A stretch of 63,545 bases of DNA, the filler included, from Reticulomyxa filosa (taxonomy: Eukaryota; Protista; Foraminifera): the NCBI GenBank assembly GCA_000512085.1. It is 19 parts of 19 records of this genome, joined end to end, with 100 filler letters (N's around TTAATTAATTAA, not from the genome) between each part and the next. Parts side by side here need not be neighbours in the genome. Positions count along the whole stretch, not along the records: positions 28,900 to 44,545 come from ASPP01002414.1; positions 44,646 to 45,694 come from ASPP01012454.1; positions 45,795 to 47,446 come from ASPP01001864.1; 16 more parts are not named here. The stretch is one strand, 5' to 3'. Numbering within the stretch: the stretch's first letter is position 1; each line of letters starts with the position of its first letter. A program made the position numbers and the translations under genes. Below the pieces are notes generated by a model, which saw only the letters and a list, made by a program, of their open reading frames with translations, did no database searches and had not been told where the DNA came from. Shown one piece after another: positions 35,940 through 47,546 of the stretch.

Positions 35940-36158
35940 TGTAGGAATAGTGAGAAGACTAAGTGTAATGCGAAAGGAACTTAGTTCCAAAAAGCAACTT
36001 CAGTAAAAGAAAACTAAATTGACAAAAATAATTGCAACTCAAGAAAGGAAACAAGTAAAAAACAAGACAAAAGTGTTGTGTTGTGAAGAGGGTTTTAACC
36101 CACCGGGTCCCACCGTTCCATTAGTATTTGAGATTGTATAATATGGACTTATCCTACA
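35940..36158. mobile_element. Solo-LTR-like or short TG...CA element, 219 bp, 4-bp TSD CATT
   Basis: CATT|TGTAGGA...TCCTACA|CATT with perfect 7-bp terminal inverted repeats; related to 27543-27763. Confidence 0.82.
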
Positions 36159-37963
36159 CATTATAAAAATATCTAGTTTGAACAATATAATTGTAAAAAT
36201 AATTATCGTTTTTATTTTTTTCCAGATTTAATCTCCAATTTTCTTAGCATCTGCATAAATACAAGGAAAATCCATGTTAACTTATTTACATATCCTTTCG
36301 ATTATCTGCAAAATGTATGTTCAGTTAACAGTACAAAGTCTGATCAGTTTGACTCTCTATTGGGTTATCAGCCAGATCATTTTGGTATATATACTTTGAA
36401 ATATCTAGATATATACGCACTTTTTGTGTAAAAACTTCTCTGAGTAATTTGAATTCTTAATTTGAGAATATTATAAATGCCTCTATGGAAGAGCCTTTCG
36501 TACTTGTTACTAAAGGATTATGATACAAATGTTGACAAAAGCAATGGACAATTCAGGCACTCAAATAACTTTTGTTTTTTGACATCTTGAAGATCTTCCA
36601 TTTTTTACTTTTTATCGTTTCTAGTGTTATAGTTATTGTGACATTAATCATTTACACCAACAATTTGTGCAGTATAAATCCGTCACAAAGACATAATAAT
36701 TCAATCCTAAATTTTCATTTAATTTCGGAAAGCTTGCCGTCTTCAAAATCTATTTTATGTCCGTTTTTTTACAACTTACTGTAATACTGATCTATAATCT
36801 CAATTTCAATTAAAACTAATACACTTTATTTCTAAAAGCATATCCAAGACTTCTTATAAGATTCTAAGATTTTGTCAAGCACTGCCTTTTTAAATTTTAA
36901 AAAAGTTTTCCCAAAAAGAGACTAGTTTTAATAAAGGGAATATGACCGTTTTTCGGGCAATCAACTCTAAAAAAGTGACGTATGCTTGATCTGAGAAACC
37001 TTTCATTTTGTTTGTGCTGTGTGAGTTTTTTTGGGCAAAAACTGCAAAGATTTCAAGTTTTTTGCTGTGGCTGTTGTTGTCACAGTCAGACGTCACAAGA
37101 CATAAAAAAACTTCCAATTTCGGGCAACAACTCGAAAATATAGTGAACAAAGCGAACAACTTTTATGCGTGAATATGTGGCGAATATGTTTACTTCTAAA
37201 TATTAAAATTGACTATGCGAATTGTGTCACAATACAAAAACAAAATAAAATGAGAAGATGTGTTTGTGGCATGATCCCCCAGTCACGGCATGCTCCACTG
37301 TGTCAAATAGATTTTTGAATTTGAATAAAAGAACCTCGAGCTGCAAGTCTGTATTAATATATGGCCCCGATGTGTGTTGTTCGGGTTCAAAAAAGAAAAG
37401 AATTTTAAAAATCTGCAACGTGGTTTGAAAAAAGTGCTTTTTCTTTGCAAAAAAAATGCCTTCAAAGAAATGGCGGAATATCGTGTTCCCGGTCAGTCTC
37501 AAACAAAAGGATGAACCAAATCAAAAGTAGACAGCCAAATCAAATCAAAATCAAATTAATCCTTAAAACCTCAGTTGACAGTAAATCGAACACAACAGAA
37601 AAACCTGAAAAAAAAAAAGGGGAGAAAAAAAATGTACAAAAATTAAAAAAGGAATAAAAACAAAATAAACAACAAGATAAAAAAACGACTTTAAACGATT
37701 TTGTGTCCAACGCTGTAGTGAAATACACAGAAAAAATATAAGAGAAGAAAAATAGAGAGAAAAAAATACATACATGAAAGAACAAATAACGAGTAAGGGA
37801 ATGATTAAAAAAGAAAAAAGACAGAAAAAAAAAGAAAAAAAAGACAGCACAACACGATACAAAACAGCGTAACACAGCGCAACAATAACAAAAACCAACC
37901 AAAAGTTTTTGATGATAAAAAAAATGAGTATTTCTTTTTTTTTTTGTATGGATTGTTTTGCAG

Positions 37964-39227
37964 TTATACATGAGCATTATGTATATGATGAGTAAGTTGC
38001 TTTTTGAGCCGAAACCGCCTTGCACACATAGGGCATGCGTGCTTTTTTTCTGCCGCATGTACCTGAAAGTAATGCAAAAAAGAAAATTCATTGTATTTAT
38101 CAAGAGACATATATATGTAGGAAAATTCTAGCGGAAAAAAGGATAAAATGTGCACTACGTTCCCTGTCTCTCTGCTCTTCGCACCCCTCCTTTCACCTTT
38201 CTCTAGTATTTTTTGTATGAAATGGAGATATCGTATATAATATTTTTTTTTTGTAAATAAATTAACCAATGCGTGTTGATTAAGATTTCGCTTGGAAGGA
38301 AATCGGCTATTACAAACAGTACATTGGTAAGGCTTCTCGCCAGTATGCGTGCGAACATGATCTTCTAAATATGCTTTTCGTGCAAATTTCTTGCCGCAGT
38401 ATAAGCAACCAGGACTCTCGGGGTCGTGGACTCGGATGTGTCTAGTCAAATCTCGTCGTTGCTTGTAGGTCTTGCTGCAATAAGGACAAGTGTACCTTTT
38501 TTGCATCTCTGCTTCTACTATAGTAAGTTTCGCAACACAATCCAACTACGTAATTAAGGTATGTATATTTTTTTTTTAGTCTATCGATATTAACAATAAA
38601 TAATAACAGATCACAATAAAAAAAAATACAGAACGTACTTTGAGTGGGATTGGAAACGTCAGCTGGAGGGTCTGCTGGGGTCGGCTTCGTTGGTGTGCTC
38701 ACTTTTTCTTCCGCAAAAGGTTCCTTACTGTTATGACCCTCCATCGGATTTGTAATTGAAAATTGTGGCAACACGAATTCAAATGGTGGCAAGTGATCAT
38801 TCGTTTTGCCGTCACTTGATATTATAAATGGCAAAGGGAATAGCAACGGGGATTTGGTCATACATGTCCAAGGGATTGATGCCTCGGGCAATTCAAAATT
38901 GTCCATTGCTCTTGCTGTCGTTATTGACGTTGGCGCATACAGCTTTTCCCCCGTTCCATCCGGGGATATGTTCCAGATCTTATTCATCATCTCATTTGTT
39001 CCGTGTTGAATATCCCAGTTTAAATTTGGCAATTCATGGCCTCTTAACAGGTTCATTGGAGCCACTATTGGATAGTTTAGTTGGATATTTGAAAATGCCG
39101 TATTAGTCTTGATTGCATCGAATTTGTCAGGAGTTTTGCTTGGGATTATTTGGGGAATATCGCCAACACTAGGTATAGGTATAAACGGAAAATACCCCAA
39201 AGGAAAATTAGCGCCAGAAAACGACAT
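37964..39227 (-). CDS. C2H2 zinc-finger transcription factor (4 fingers)
   Basis: Fingers CPYC..HIRVH, CLYC..HVRTH (TGEKPY linker), CTVC..HAL|VH and CPMC..HIHNAH, preceded by a Pro-rich N-terminal exon. Confidence 0.92.
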
Positions 39228-39843
39228 CTTTTGGCACTATGGTTTCACCTTTGCACAACCGTCCGATCAAAAAAAAGTTCGATTGAAAAGTCCCTTCACG
39301 CGCTACTTTCACTTTTGTGCACAATTTTTTTACGTCAAAATCAACAATAATGTCTGATTTTAAGTTTTTCATTTATTCTATCAATTTAAAAACATTTCTT
39401 TTTGGTTAATACATCGACAAAAATAATTAACAATCCACAAAAGAATAAAAGATAGCATGGACAATTTTTGTCGCACTAATTGTTCATAAATTAATATCAC
39501 ATGCACATCAGTAGATGTCACGGGACTAATTTTTGTTTTATTTTCCTGTTTTTTAAACTCATCTGCTACAATACAACCTAATCCTTTTGATAATTTTTGG
39601 TCAGAAAAAAACAAAAACAAAAAATAAGGACATTTTCCTCGTTTGCTCAATGATTTTTTGTCATGAGGAGTACACAACAAAAAAAAAGTTGTAACGCCGA
39701 TCGGCAAGTGCAGTCAGAAACTTTCATTAAACAAAAAAACAACGCCTAACTACAACAAAAACTATCACACATCCAACGAAAAAAAAAGTTTTTTCAAAAA
39801 GGAATGTCGATGTATTATTTTTGTGTGCCCTCTTTTCCTTCTT

Positions 39844-40769
39844 TTATCCTTCGAAATTTGTACTTCCATCTTTTGTCTCTTCCAAACACTTACTATTAAT
39901 TTCATCTGAATAGCAATGATTTGCAGTTTTGGGATTGTCACAATCAAGCCGAGTTGCGTTATTCGTATTACCCTCGTCAATTCGGATCGGAGAATGCCTT
40001 CGTTTTGCATCCAACAGGGCTTTTCCTTGATTTTGTCCTGGGTCGGTGGGCAAGGTTTCCCCGAGTAGTAGGGGATTGACATAGGATGTTGTTTTCATAG
40101 TGGCATCCACAAGCAAATCCATTGCAGATTGGGTCATCTTCTTTAACTCATCCCGCAGTCCCTCGCTCCAATTACTAGATTGTGACGATGGATTGCAAAT
40201 CTTGGAACTGATTGTGTCCATATTTTTTGTTTCGTCATTGCATGTATTCTGATTGCCAGTGTCGAGTGTCTCATTATTTTTATTGGCTTGAACATGTCCC
40301 ACTTTGCATTTCTGTGTCGTGTTAGCATTGTCCAAAAGCGTTACACTTTTGTCCTTCAGATGGGCATCCTTATCCCAGGTTTCCTTTGTCTGTACAAACA
40401 TTGTAACAATACAAAAAAAGAAAAGACTGTGTATACATTTTGTTTCATTATTATTATTATCTATTATTATTATCTATTATTATTATCCATTATTGTTAGC
40501 ATTGTCATTATTAGTTTTATTAGTATTGTTTTCAACAAACACACACAAATCTAAAATCGATCATCACACAACGTCAATTCTAGGATCATATGTCAATTGA
40601 ATGCTATGTTGTTTACGATATTCGTCACCTGATTTCCACATCAATGATTGTTGTCTTCATTTGGCACTCACAATCGTTGATATTGACACATCCACACAGA
40701 CAAATGGATTTCTTTTGTTGATGTAATTGATTTGCCTTATCCCTCTTCCTCCTTTTTCCCTTATCCTCC

Positions 40770-40800
<31 letters not shown>

Positions 40801-42495
40801 GTTTTTCTGCAAGGGATTGAAACTCTTCCAAGAAAAATTGTTGCGGCCCAATGACCGACCCAGGTCGGCAGATTCGTAACCAAGCAATAACCTCCCCTGC
40901 TGTCCAGCAGTAGTGTTTCATTAAATAACATCCAATCAATGATCCAGTGCGTCCTAGTCCTGCTTTGCAATGGACAGCAATCGTGCCTTTGCGATTAAAA
41001 GAAAAAGAGATATACATATATATATATATGTATATATATGTATATGTATGTATATGTATGTATATGTATGTATATGCATATATGTCCAAGGTATATAAAG
41101 ATGCATAGCAAACCTTTTGCGTTTTCACAAATTTGCAAAAATCTTTGGATAATATCATCAGACGGAGTGGTCCCATCAACAAAATACAAATCGAAATGCT
41201 CAATGCCGGCTTGAGTCCACACGCCCTTGTCATAGCATATTTTGTTAAGCCTTATAACGGTGGTAACTCCAAACTTTTTCCAAATGGGAATGTAGAAATG
41301 TGGAGTCAGCGCAGGATAGCCTTCTTCATCCGTGGTACTATCGTTTGGTCCCGCAAACGCAATGAATTGACGAGGGATGATCACATTCAAATCTCCATTG
41401 TCGACTCGTTCATAATGTTCGTACTCGTCAACCTTAAACCCGTCAAAGCTGAGGCACTTTTGTTGCATTGCTCGATACACCGCCCAGCAGCAGTGTTCGA
41501 CCGTGCATTTGTAAGCGCACAGGCCCATTGATGCATCGCGAAACGGAACTGCGCGTTGGACTATCATTTTTTTTTTTTTTTTTATTAATTGGTTTTGTTT
41601 TGCTTTATTTTATGCTGTGTTCTAATTATTATTTGTTTGGTTTGATTTATTCAAGTTATTTGCTGTTGTGTCTCACACACCCACTTCAACACGTTTATGC
41701 AATGTGTCATCAAAATGGGTCAAGAGGACACTCTGTTGGAATGTGTGTTTTTTGTTTGGCGAGTACCAAAGTCATGGACGTTTGAATATGCTTCTGCGGG
41801 ATGTCGTTTCAATGTTATCACTTGAAAGCAAGCCATCAGATATGTTGCATTCGCAATATTTTTTGGATTTTTATTTGTGTAGTAATAGATTTTGCAATTT
41901 TTGTATTGAGGGTCCTGTTTTTGTTTGTGGATTAGTTGTTTGTTTTATGCTTTATTTTTTTCAAAAAGAGTTCATACATTTAGTTTGCGTTCCAACATCG
42001 CACAAAATTTGTACAAGCAAGCCAAATTCAACGGCCCAAAGTCCACAAAAAATGGTTCGTATTTTAATAGTCGATCGATTGTAAAGAAGTGATACATGCC
42101 ATTTATTTTGGGTTGTGTGCGTGTAATCATTAAATACAGGCGGTCTTACATTTCACACATTCGGTCATTGTTCCATTTTTTTTTTGGCAATACACCCAAT
42201 CAAAAACACATCAAAGCAAACGCTTTCCACATCTCCAACGCTGACCCTTTTCAAAAACAAAGACATTCAAAATACATTACTTCGTTTTTCATCACTTACT
42301 TGAAATTATCGGTAAGGCTTGCTCGAATTCGCTCAGATTTTTGCTTGGAGAAGGCGTACGCTCGGGTAACGCAGGAACGTCTTTCGTGTATTGTTCAAAT
42401 GTTTGTGTGTTTGTAAGGTTTTTGGTCAAGCAGCAAAAATTTCAGAGGAGAAAGATAGTCGAACCATCCGAGGAATCATTACTTTTGTATTCCAT
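39844..42495 (-). CDS. CDC14: Cdc14 dual-specificity phosphatase
   Basis: [41 protein letters not shown], catalytic [10 protein letters not shown] and [13 protein letters not shown]. The exact start and last exon are inferred. Confidence 0.95.
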
Positions 42496-44679
42496 TATGT
42501 TCTTGCAAGTACTTTTTAAATTACTTTCAGGGACAAATGCAATGAAAAAAATTTCACTTTGACCTATGAAGAATAAACTTGACGCTCCTGGGAAACAAGT
42601 TCACTTGTAGAGTCTTATGAAAACAAATGTTTTGCTCGGTTGCTTACGTTTTTTTACGAAAGTTTTGTTGAACACAAATTGTTTTTTTATATCTGAATAG
42701 GTTTGTACATGGAGAAAGTGAGGTCAGCTACCAAGTATAACGTGAAAGGGCTTGCTCTTTTGAGTAAATAGCAATAGAAAAGACAATCCATAACAAAAAT
42801 GTATCATCATATAAAAAATAAATAGCTGTGAATATAATATATCTCAATGCCATTGGTATCCCGCACATCAAATTTAAATAAATTAAAGAATACCAACTTC
42901 TTAGATATTGAAAGCGATATTATATGTTTATTTTTAACGAATTCGGCTGTAGACAAGACAAATATATACTGTAAATGCCGAAATTTTTTCTAATATTTGA
43001 CTTCAAATTAGAGTCATTTATGTTAATTTAGGAATAATTTACAATTGATAATTTTTTGTTTGCTCCGCATTAAATAGAAATTATTGAAAATAAATTAATT
43101 CTTTGTTTATGTATGTTCAATCGATAGTCAGTTTTAAGAAAAGAAATTAATATGGCTTATTTTTCAACAACAAAACTATTGATCAAACTATTTGGATGTG
43201 ACAAAACTGATACACCAAAATCACATTTCCTTTTTTTTTGCAATTATGACGAAAGAAAAGCATAACAATTCGAGTCATTAAAAAAATTTCTTCTAGAAAA
43301 CACAATGGTAAAAAAGGAGACGATGTACGACACAAAAATAATTAAATAGATATACGTATGCATACAATAATTTGAGTGTTTATTTTGTATTTTTATTGTG
43401 CAATAACTGTTTTTTCGTTTTTTGTTAGTTTTTCTCATATCTTTATTTTTGGATAATATTTTTGGATGGTCTTAAAAATTTTGCCATTTACATGAAATGC
43501 TTTTTTTTGTTACGCTGATACAATTCAGCACTAAAGTATTCAAAAAACAAAAAAGAAAATCTCATCTATTACAATGCGGATAACAAATTCTATTAAAAAA
43601 TTTATGAAACAAATTTTAATCTAAAAGCAGCAAAAAACATTTTATTGTAATAACATTTAAACGCAAATACAACAAAAGCAATAAAATTCAAACAAAAAAT
43701 TTGCAAGCAATAACTTTATCGTTTCCGTAAGGGACGTTTAGGTGTTCAGTTTTTTGTGCGTACTGTAGCAACTAGTTCTTTACTGTTTTTCATTATTTTG
43801 CTGCAGTTAATTTTTTTGCAATTTTTACTTTTGTCGGAAATTGTAGTTTTAGCCCACTGGGGACTCCCAGGTTCCTTCAACGTTCAGATATTTATAGGGC
43901 CTTGCCCTACATCTTGTATAGGATTTTTGTTATTTGAATTCCAAAAGCAATTTTAAAGATTTTCAAAGCCAAAATGCAAGAAAATGAATAGAGTAAATAT
44001 TTAAAGCGTTGATGAAACATAATCTAAACCAGCAAATGATTATTAAAAATTGTAAAAATGTAATGTGTTTCCCATCAAAATTGATTTGAGATTGAATACA
44101 ATCCAGTCTGCAATGCAATTTTATTATGTACAAGGAATAGGGATCTGGGATATTGTTATGTTAAAACATACAAAGATTTAGTTATCACATTGAGAAATAA
44201 AAAAATTTTGTTTATTTATTTGACTGCGAAACGCAAACCCAATCTAAGAAGTAATTATTTCGACAATATAGAAATAATAAAAAAAACTAGTGAATGCTCA
44301 AAACATTCAATTCATTTCTCAGATATTGGTTCAAAATGACTATCGTATCTCTGTAAAATACATTTAATTTTATGTTCAAATCAAAAACTTAATTTGCATA
44401 TATATTATATTTACTACAGTAGGTTGCAAAGAAAACTGAACGCATAAAACATATCTTATGATGATAATTGATTTTCTCAATGAAAAATCAACATTCAGAC
44501 CTAATTTTTTTTTAAAGTATCTACGCGACTTGGAGATTTCTAAAANNNNNNNNNNNNNNNNNNNNNNNNNNNNNNNNNNNNNNNNNNNNTTAATTAATTA
44601 ANNNNNNNNNNNNNNNNNNNNNNNNNNNNNNNNNNNNNNNNNNNNTGTATACAAAAAAAAAAAAAAAAAAGAGAGCTAT

Positions 44680-45612
44680 GCAGTGAAGCAATTGACCTCG
44701 CAGCCGCGCAAATCAGTGGTTCACGTATGCGTAGCGCAAAACGGCACACATTTGTTTATGTTGGGAGGAATGGATAACAGTACAAAGAAAGGGACAGCAA
44801 ATACGCAAGTATTGAATCTGCAGACCAATATTTGGGAGCGTGGGACTTTCCCAGGAATGATCCAAGCACGTTTTGATTTCAGCTGCGGCATTGATCCCAA
44901 CACAAATCGTCTTTATGCCATTGGTTCGAAATATATAATAAATAAACATAATAATAATAAAATAAGATGTGATAATAACATTATTAAATAACATAGGTGG
45001 ACAAGTCAGCAGCGATACCTTTACCAATCTAATCGAATTTATTGTAATCACAGATATTGCAAATGAAAAATGGCATAAGTTTAAATACACCCTTAGCACA
45101 CCAATGGCACTGTATAACAATGCCATTGTTCCTGTAAGTTTCGTACGTATACCTTTTTTTTTTTAAAAAAAAAAAGGTTTATTTAATAGATTTATTCAAA
45201 AAAAAAATAAAATAAAATAAAATAAAGTAATATCAGAGGCAAACAAACGCAGAGCGTTGCTATCGGAAAAAGAAACGATAATGACGTCATCAAGTATGAC
45301 AGACTATCGCAGATTGCAAGGAAACACAGATATGTGTTTCGATCATCGCGTGGTGATGCTTGTGGTGGACGAGAGCTGTGGGAATGAAGTGAGTGAATCC
45401 GAGTGCGAGCGATTGAAGATGCACTTGGTGGATTTGGTCAGTCATTACGACATTGACAACGGACACACGCGAATCGGCATTGTTACATATCGAGACTCGG
45501 CGTCGCTTCATTTATCCCCGACACAAGGCACGTCACTTTCTGTAGTTATTCGATCAATCCAAAGCCTGCAGTGTTCATCTGCATCGTCTCCAACTTCTTA
45601 TATCGCATTAAG
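44680..45612 (+). CDS. Kelch-repeat + von Willebrand A domain protein, internal fragment
   Basis: Kelch blades LFMLGG...W...MIQARFDFSC...LYAIG|G, then RRL, then vWA VMLVVDESCG...TRIGIVTY. Confidence 0.8.
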
Positions 45613-45794
45613 TTCATTTTTTTTTTTTAATTACGTAAGTATGAATAAATATATAAATATATAAATATATAAATATATAAATATATATATATATNNNNNN
45701 NNNNNNNNNNNNNNNNNNNNNNNNNNNNNNNNNNNNNNTTAATTAATTAANNNNNNNNNNNNNNNNNNNNNNNNNNNNNNNNNNNNNNNNNNNN

Positions 45795-45922
45795 TAAAAT
45801 CGGGAAAAGAAATACAAAGATTCAAAGCTCATTCTGATGCGGTTGGAGCGATAGATATTTCACCAAATGATCAAAAAATTGTATCATGTTCTATTGATGA
45901 AACAATTAAAATCTGGGGATGA
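45795..45922 (+). CDS. WD40 protein, 3' end
   Basis: KSGKEIQRFKAHSDAVGAIDISPNDQKIVSCSIDETIKIWG*, the same ending type as the 3158 gene. Confidence 0.88.
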
Positions 45923-47053
45923 AACAAAGTTTACAAAACAAACATTGCATTCCAAATGGACTTTTTCTTTTTTGATTAATTTATTCCTTTTATCACAATT
46001 TTCACGTTGTTTTTTTTTTTTAAACAATTTGAAAAAAGGCAAAGTAACGTATACTTTTTTTTTATTTTTTTAAAAAAAGGATAATATTCTTGGTACCCGA
46101 GGACTTGTACTGCTGCAATTATTATTTATTTTTAAAAAAAACAAAGTAAGCGAAAAAATTGAATCACGAATAACGCAACAATGCATTAATTCAATTTTTT
46201 GTGCAATTCCCTTGACAGTAGCTCATCTGCGTTTGGATTGGTTCTTTTTTAAAAGAGTCCTTCTCTTTGTTCTTGGTCTATAAGAAATTTCTTTTTGGAA
46301 AGGTTAACAGTTCCTCTTTTTTTTTGTTTTCTTTTTCAAACTTATTGAATTTTCGTAGAGCGGCCACTTAATCTTGCACACTTGTGGAAACACTAAAAAT
46401 CAAGGAAGAGATTGTGTTGATGCTACGACGTTCAGGTGTAACAACAAATTTTGTGCGCTTTGTCTAGTCAAAATATCCATCAAGTAAGTTTTTTTGTTAA
46501 AATAGAAAGAGAAATTAGCAATGGCAGATGAAAACAAAAATTCAAGTCCACAAGAACATGATAAACAAACGGGACCACAGACTATCATAACTGTTGGAAT
46601 GGAGACCGAGCCGTATAATACTCGTTTTATCGAGCTTGATGGTCTAATGTTTCAAAGATAGATATTCAAATTTTTACTATTCAAGCTTAGCAACGCAATA
46701 GTCAATTTAAAAACAAGAAAAACACATTTAAAGTTGATAAAACCTTTGTCAAATTACACTTTTTATTTCAACAACAATTTTTTTTTTCAGCATTCTTTAA
46801 AATACAAAAAGTTGAACAAGTGTTTTCAAAGATTTTGTTGAAAACCTTTTGAAAAAAAACTTGTGCTTGCTCAATTTTGGACAAGTTCTTTAAAAAAATT
46901 CTTATCTTTATGAAAAAGAAACCATATGTATTGTTAAAATAATATTTTTCACGTTGACAAAATATTTGAAACCCCTTTCATTGCCCTTGACAGGAGAAAA
47001 ATTTAATATCTTACATTTTACATCGTCAAAACGAATTTTAGAAAAAAAAAAAA

Positions 47054-47446
47054 ATGACAACTCTTAGCAATGAAAAGCGAACTTCAACACAACTAGCATT
47101 AGTAAGCTTTATTACAAGCTTTCAGAAAGTCTGTTGTTTTTTATTATTTTTTATTATATAGTTTGTGATTTAAACAGTCTGAAGATGAAATGATCCAAGT
47201 AATCATACGGTATTGGATTCGAATATTGAAAATCAAATTAGGATGGATTTATGAATTTGACAAACTTGTTATCAATTATGTTAGTTCACTTGTTTTTCTT
47301 TTTTTTAAAGTACCAATCAAAATATTCAAATGTTTATTTAACATAGGCATCTACTGTCTTCATGTTTGACATATTTCGTTCATCATCCAAATTAATCAAT
47401 ACATTCACTGGACATATTGGTTATGTTTGGAGCATTGACTATTCAA
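47054..47446 (+). CDS. WD40 protein, 5' end with IIRYWIRILKIKLGWIYEFDKLV motif
   Basis: Exons MTTLSNEKRTSTQL.., SEDEMIQVIIRYWIRILKIKLGWIYEFDKLVINY and ASTVFMFDIFRSSSKLINTFTGHIGYVWSIDYS. Confidence 0.88.
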
Positions 47447-47546
47447 NNNNNNNNNNNNNNNNNNNNNNNNNNNNNNNNNNNNNNNNNNNNTTAATTAATT
47501 AANNNNNNNNNNNNNNNNNNNNNNNNNNNNNNNNNNNNNNNNNNNN

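Noticed and set aside
37540-38103. Phe-rich 'membrane protein' ORFs (also 59559-59942 and 62120-62323)
   Set aside because: They are translations of poly-T/A low-complexity non-coding DNA or the antisense of A-rich sequence.
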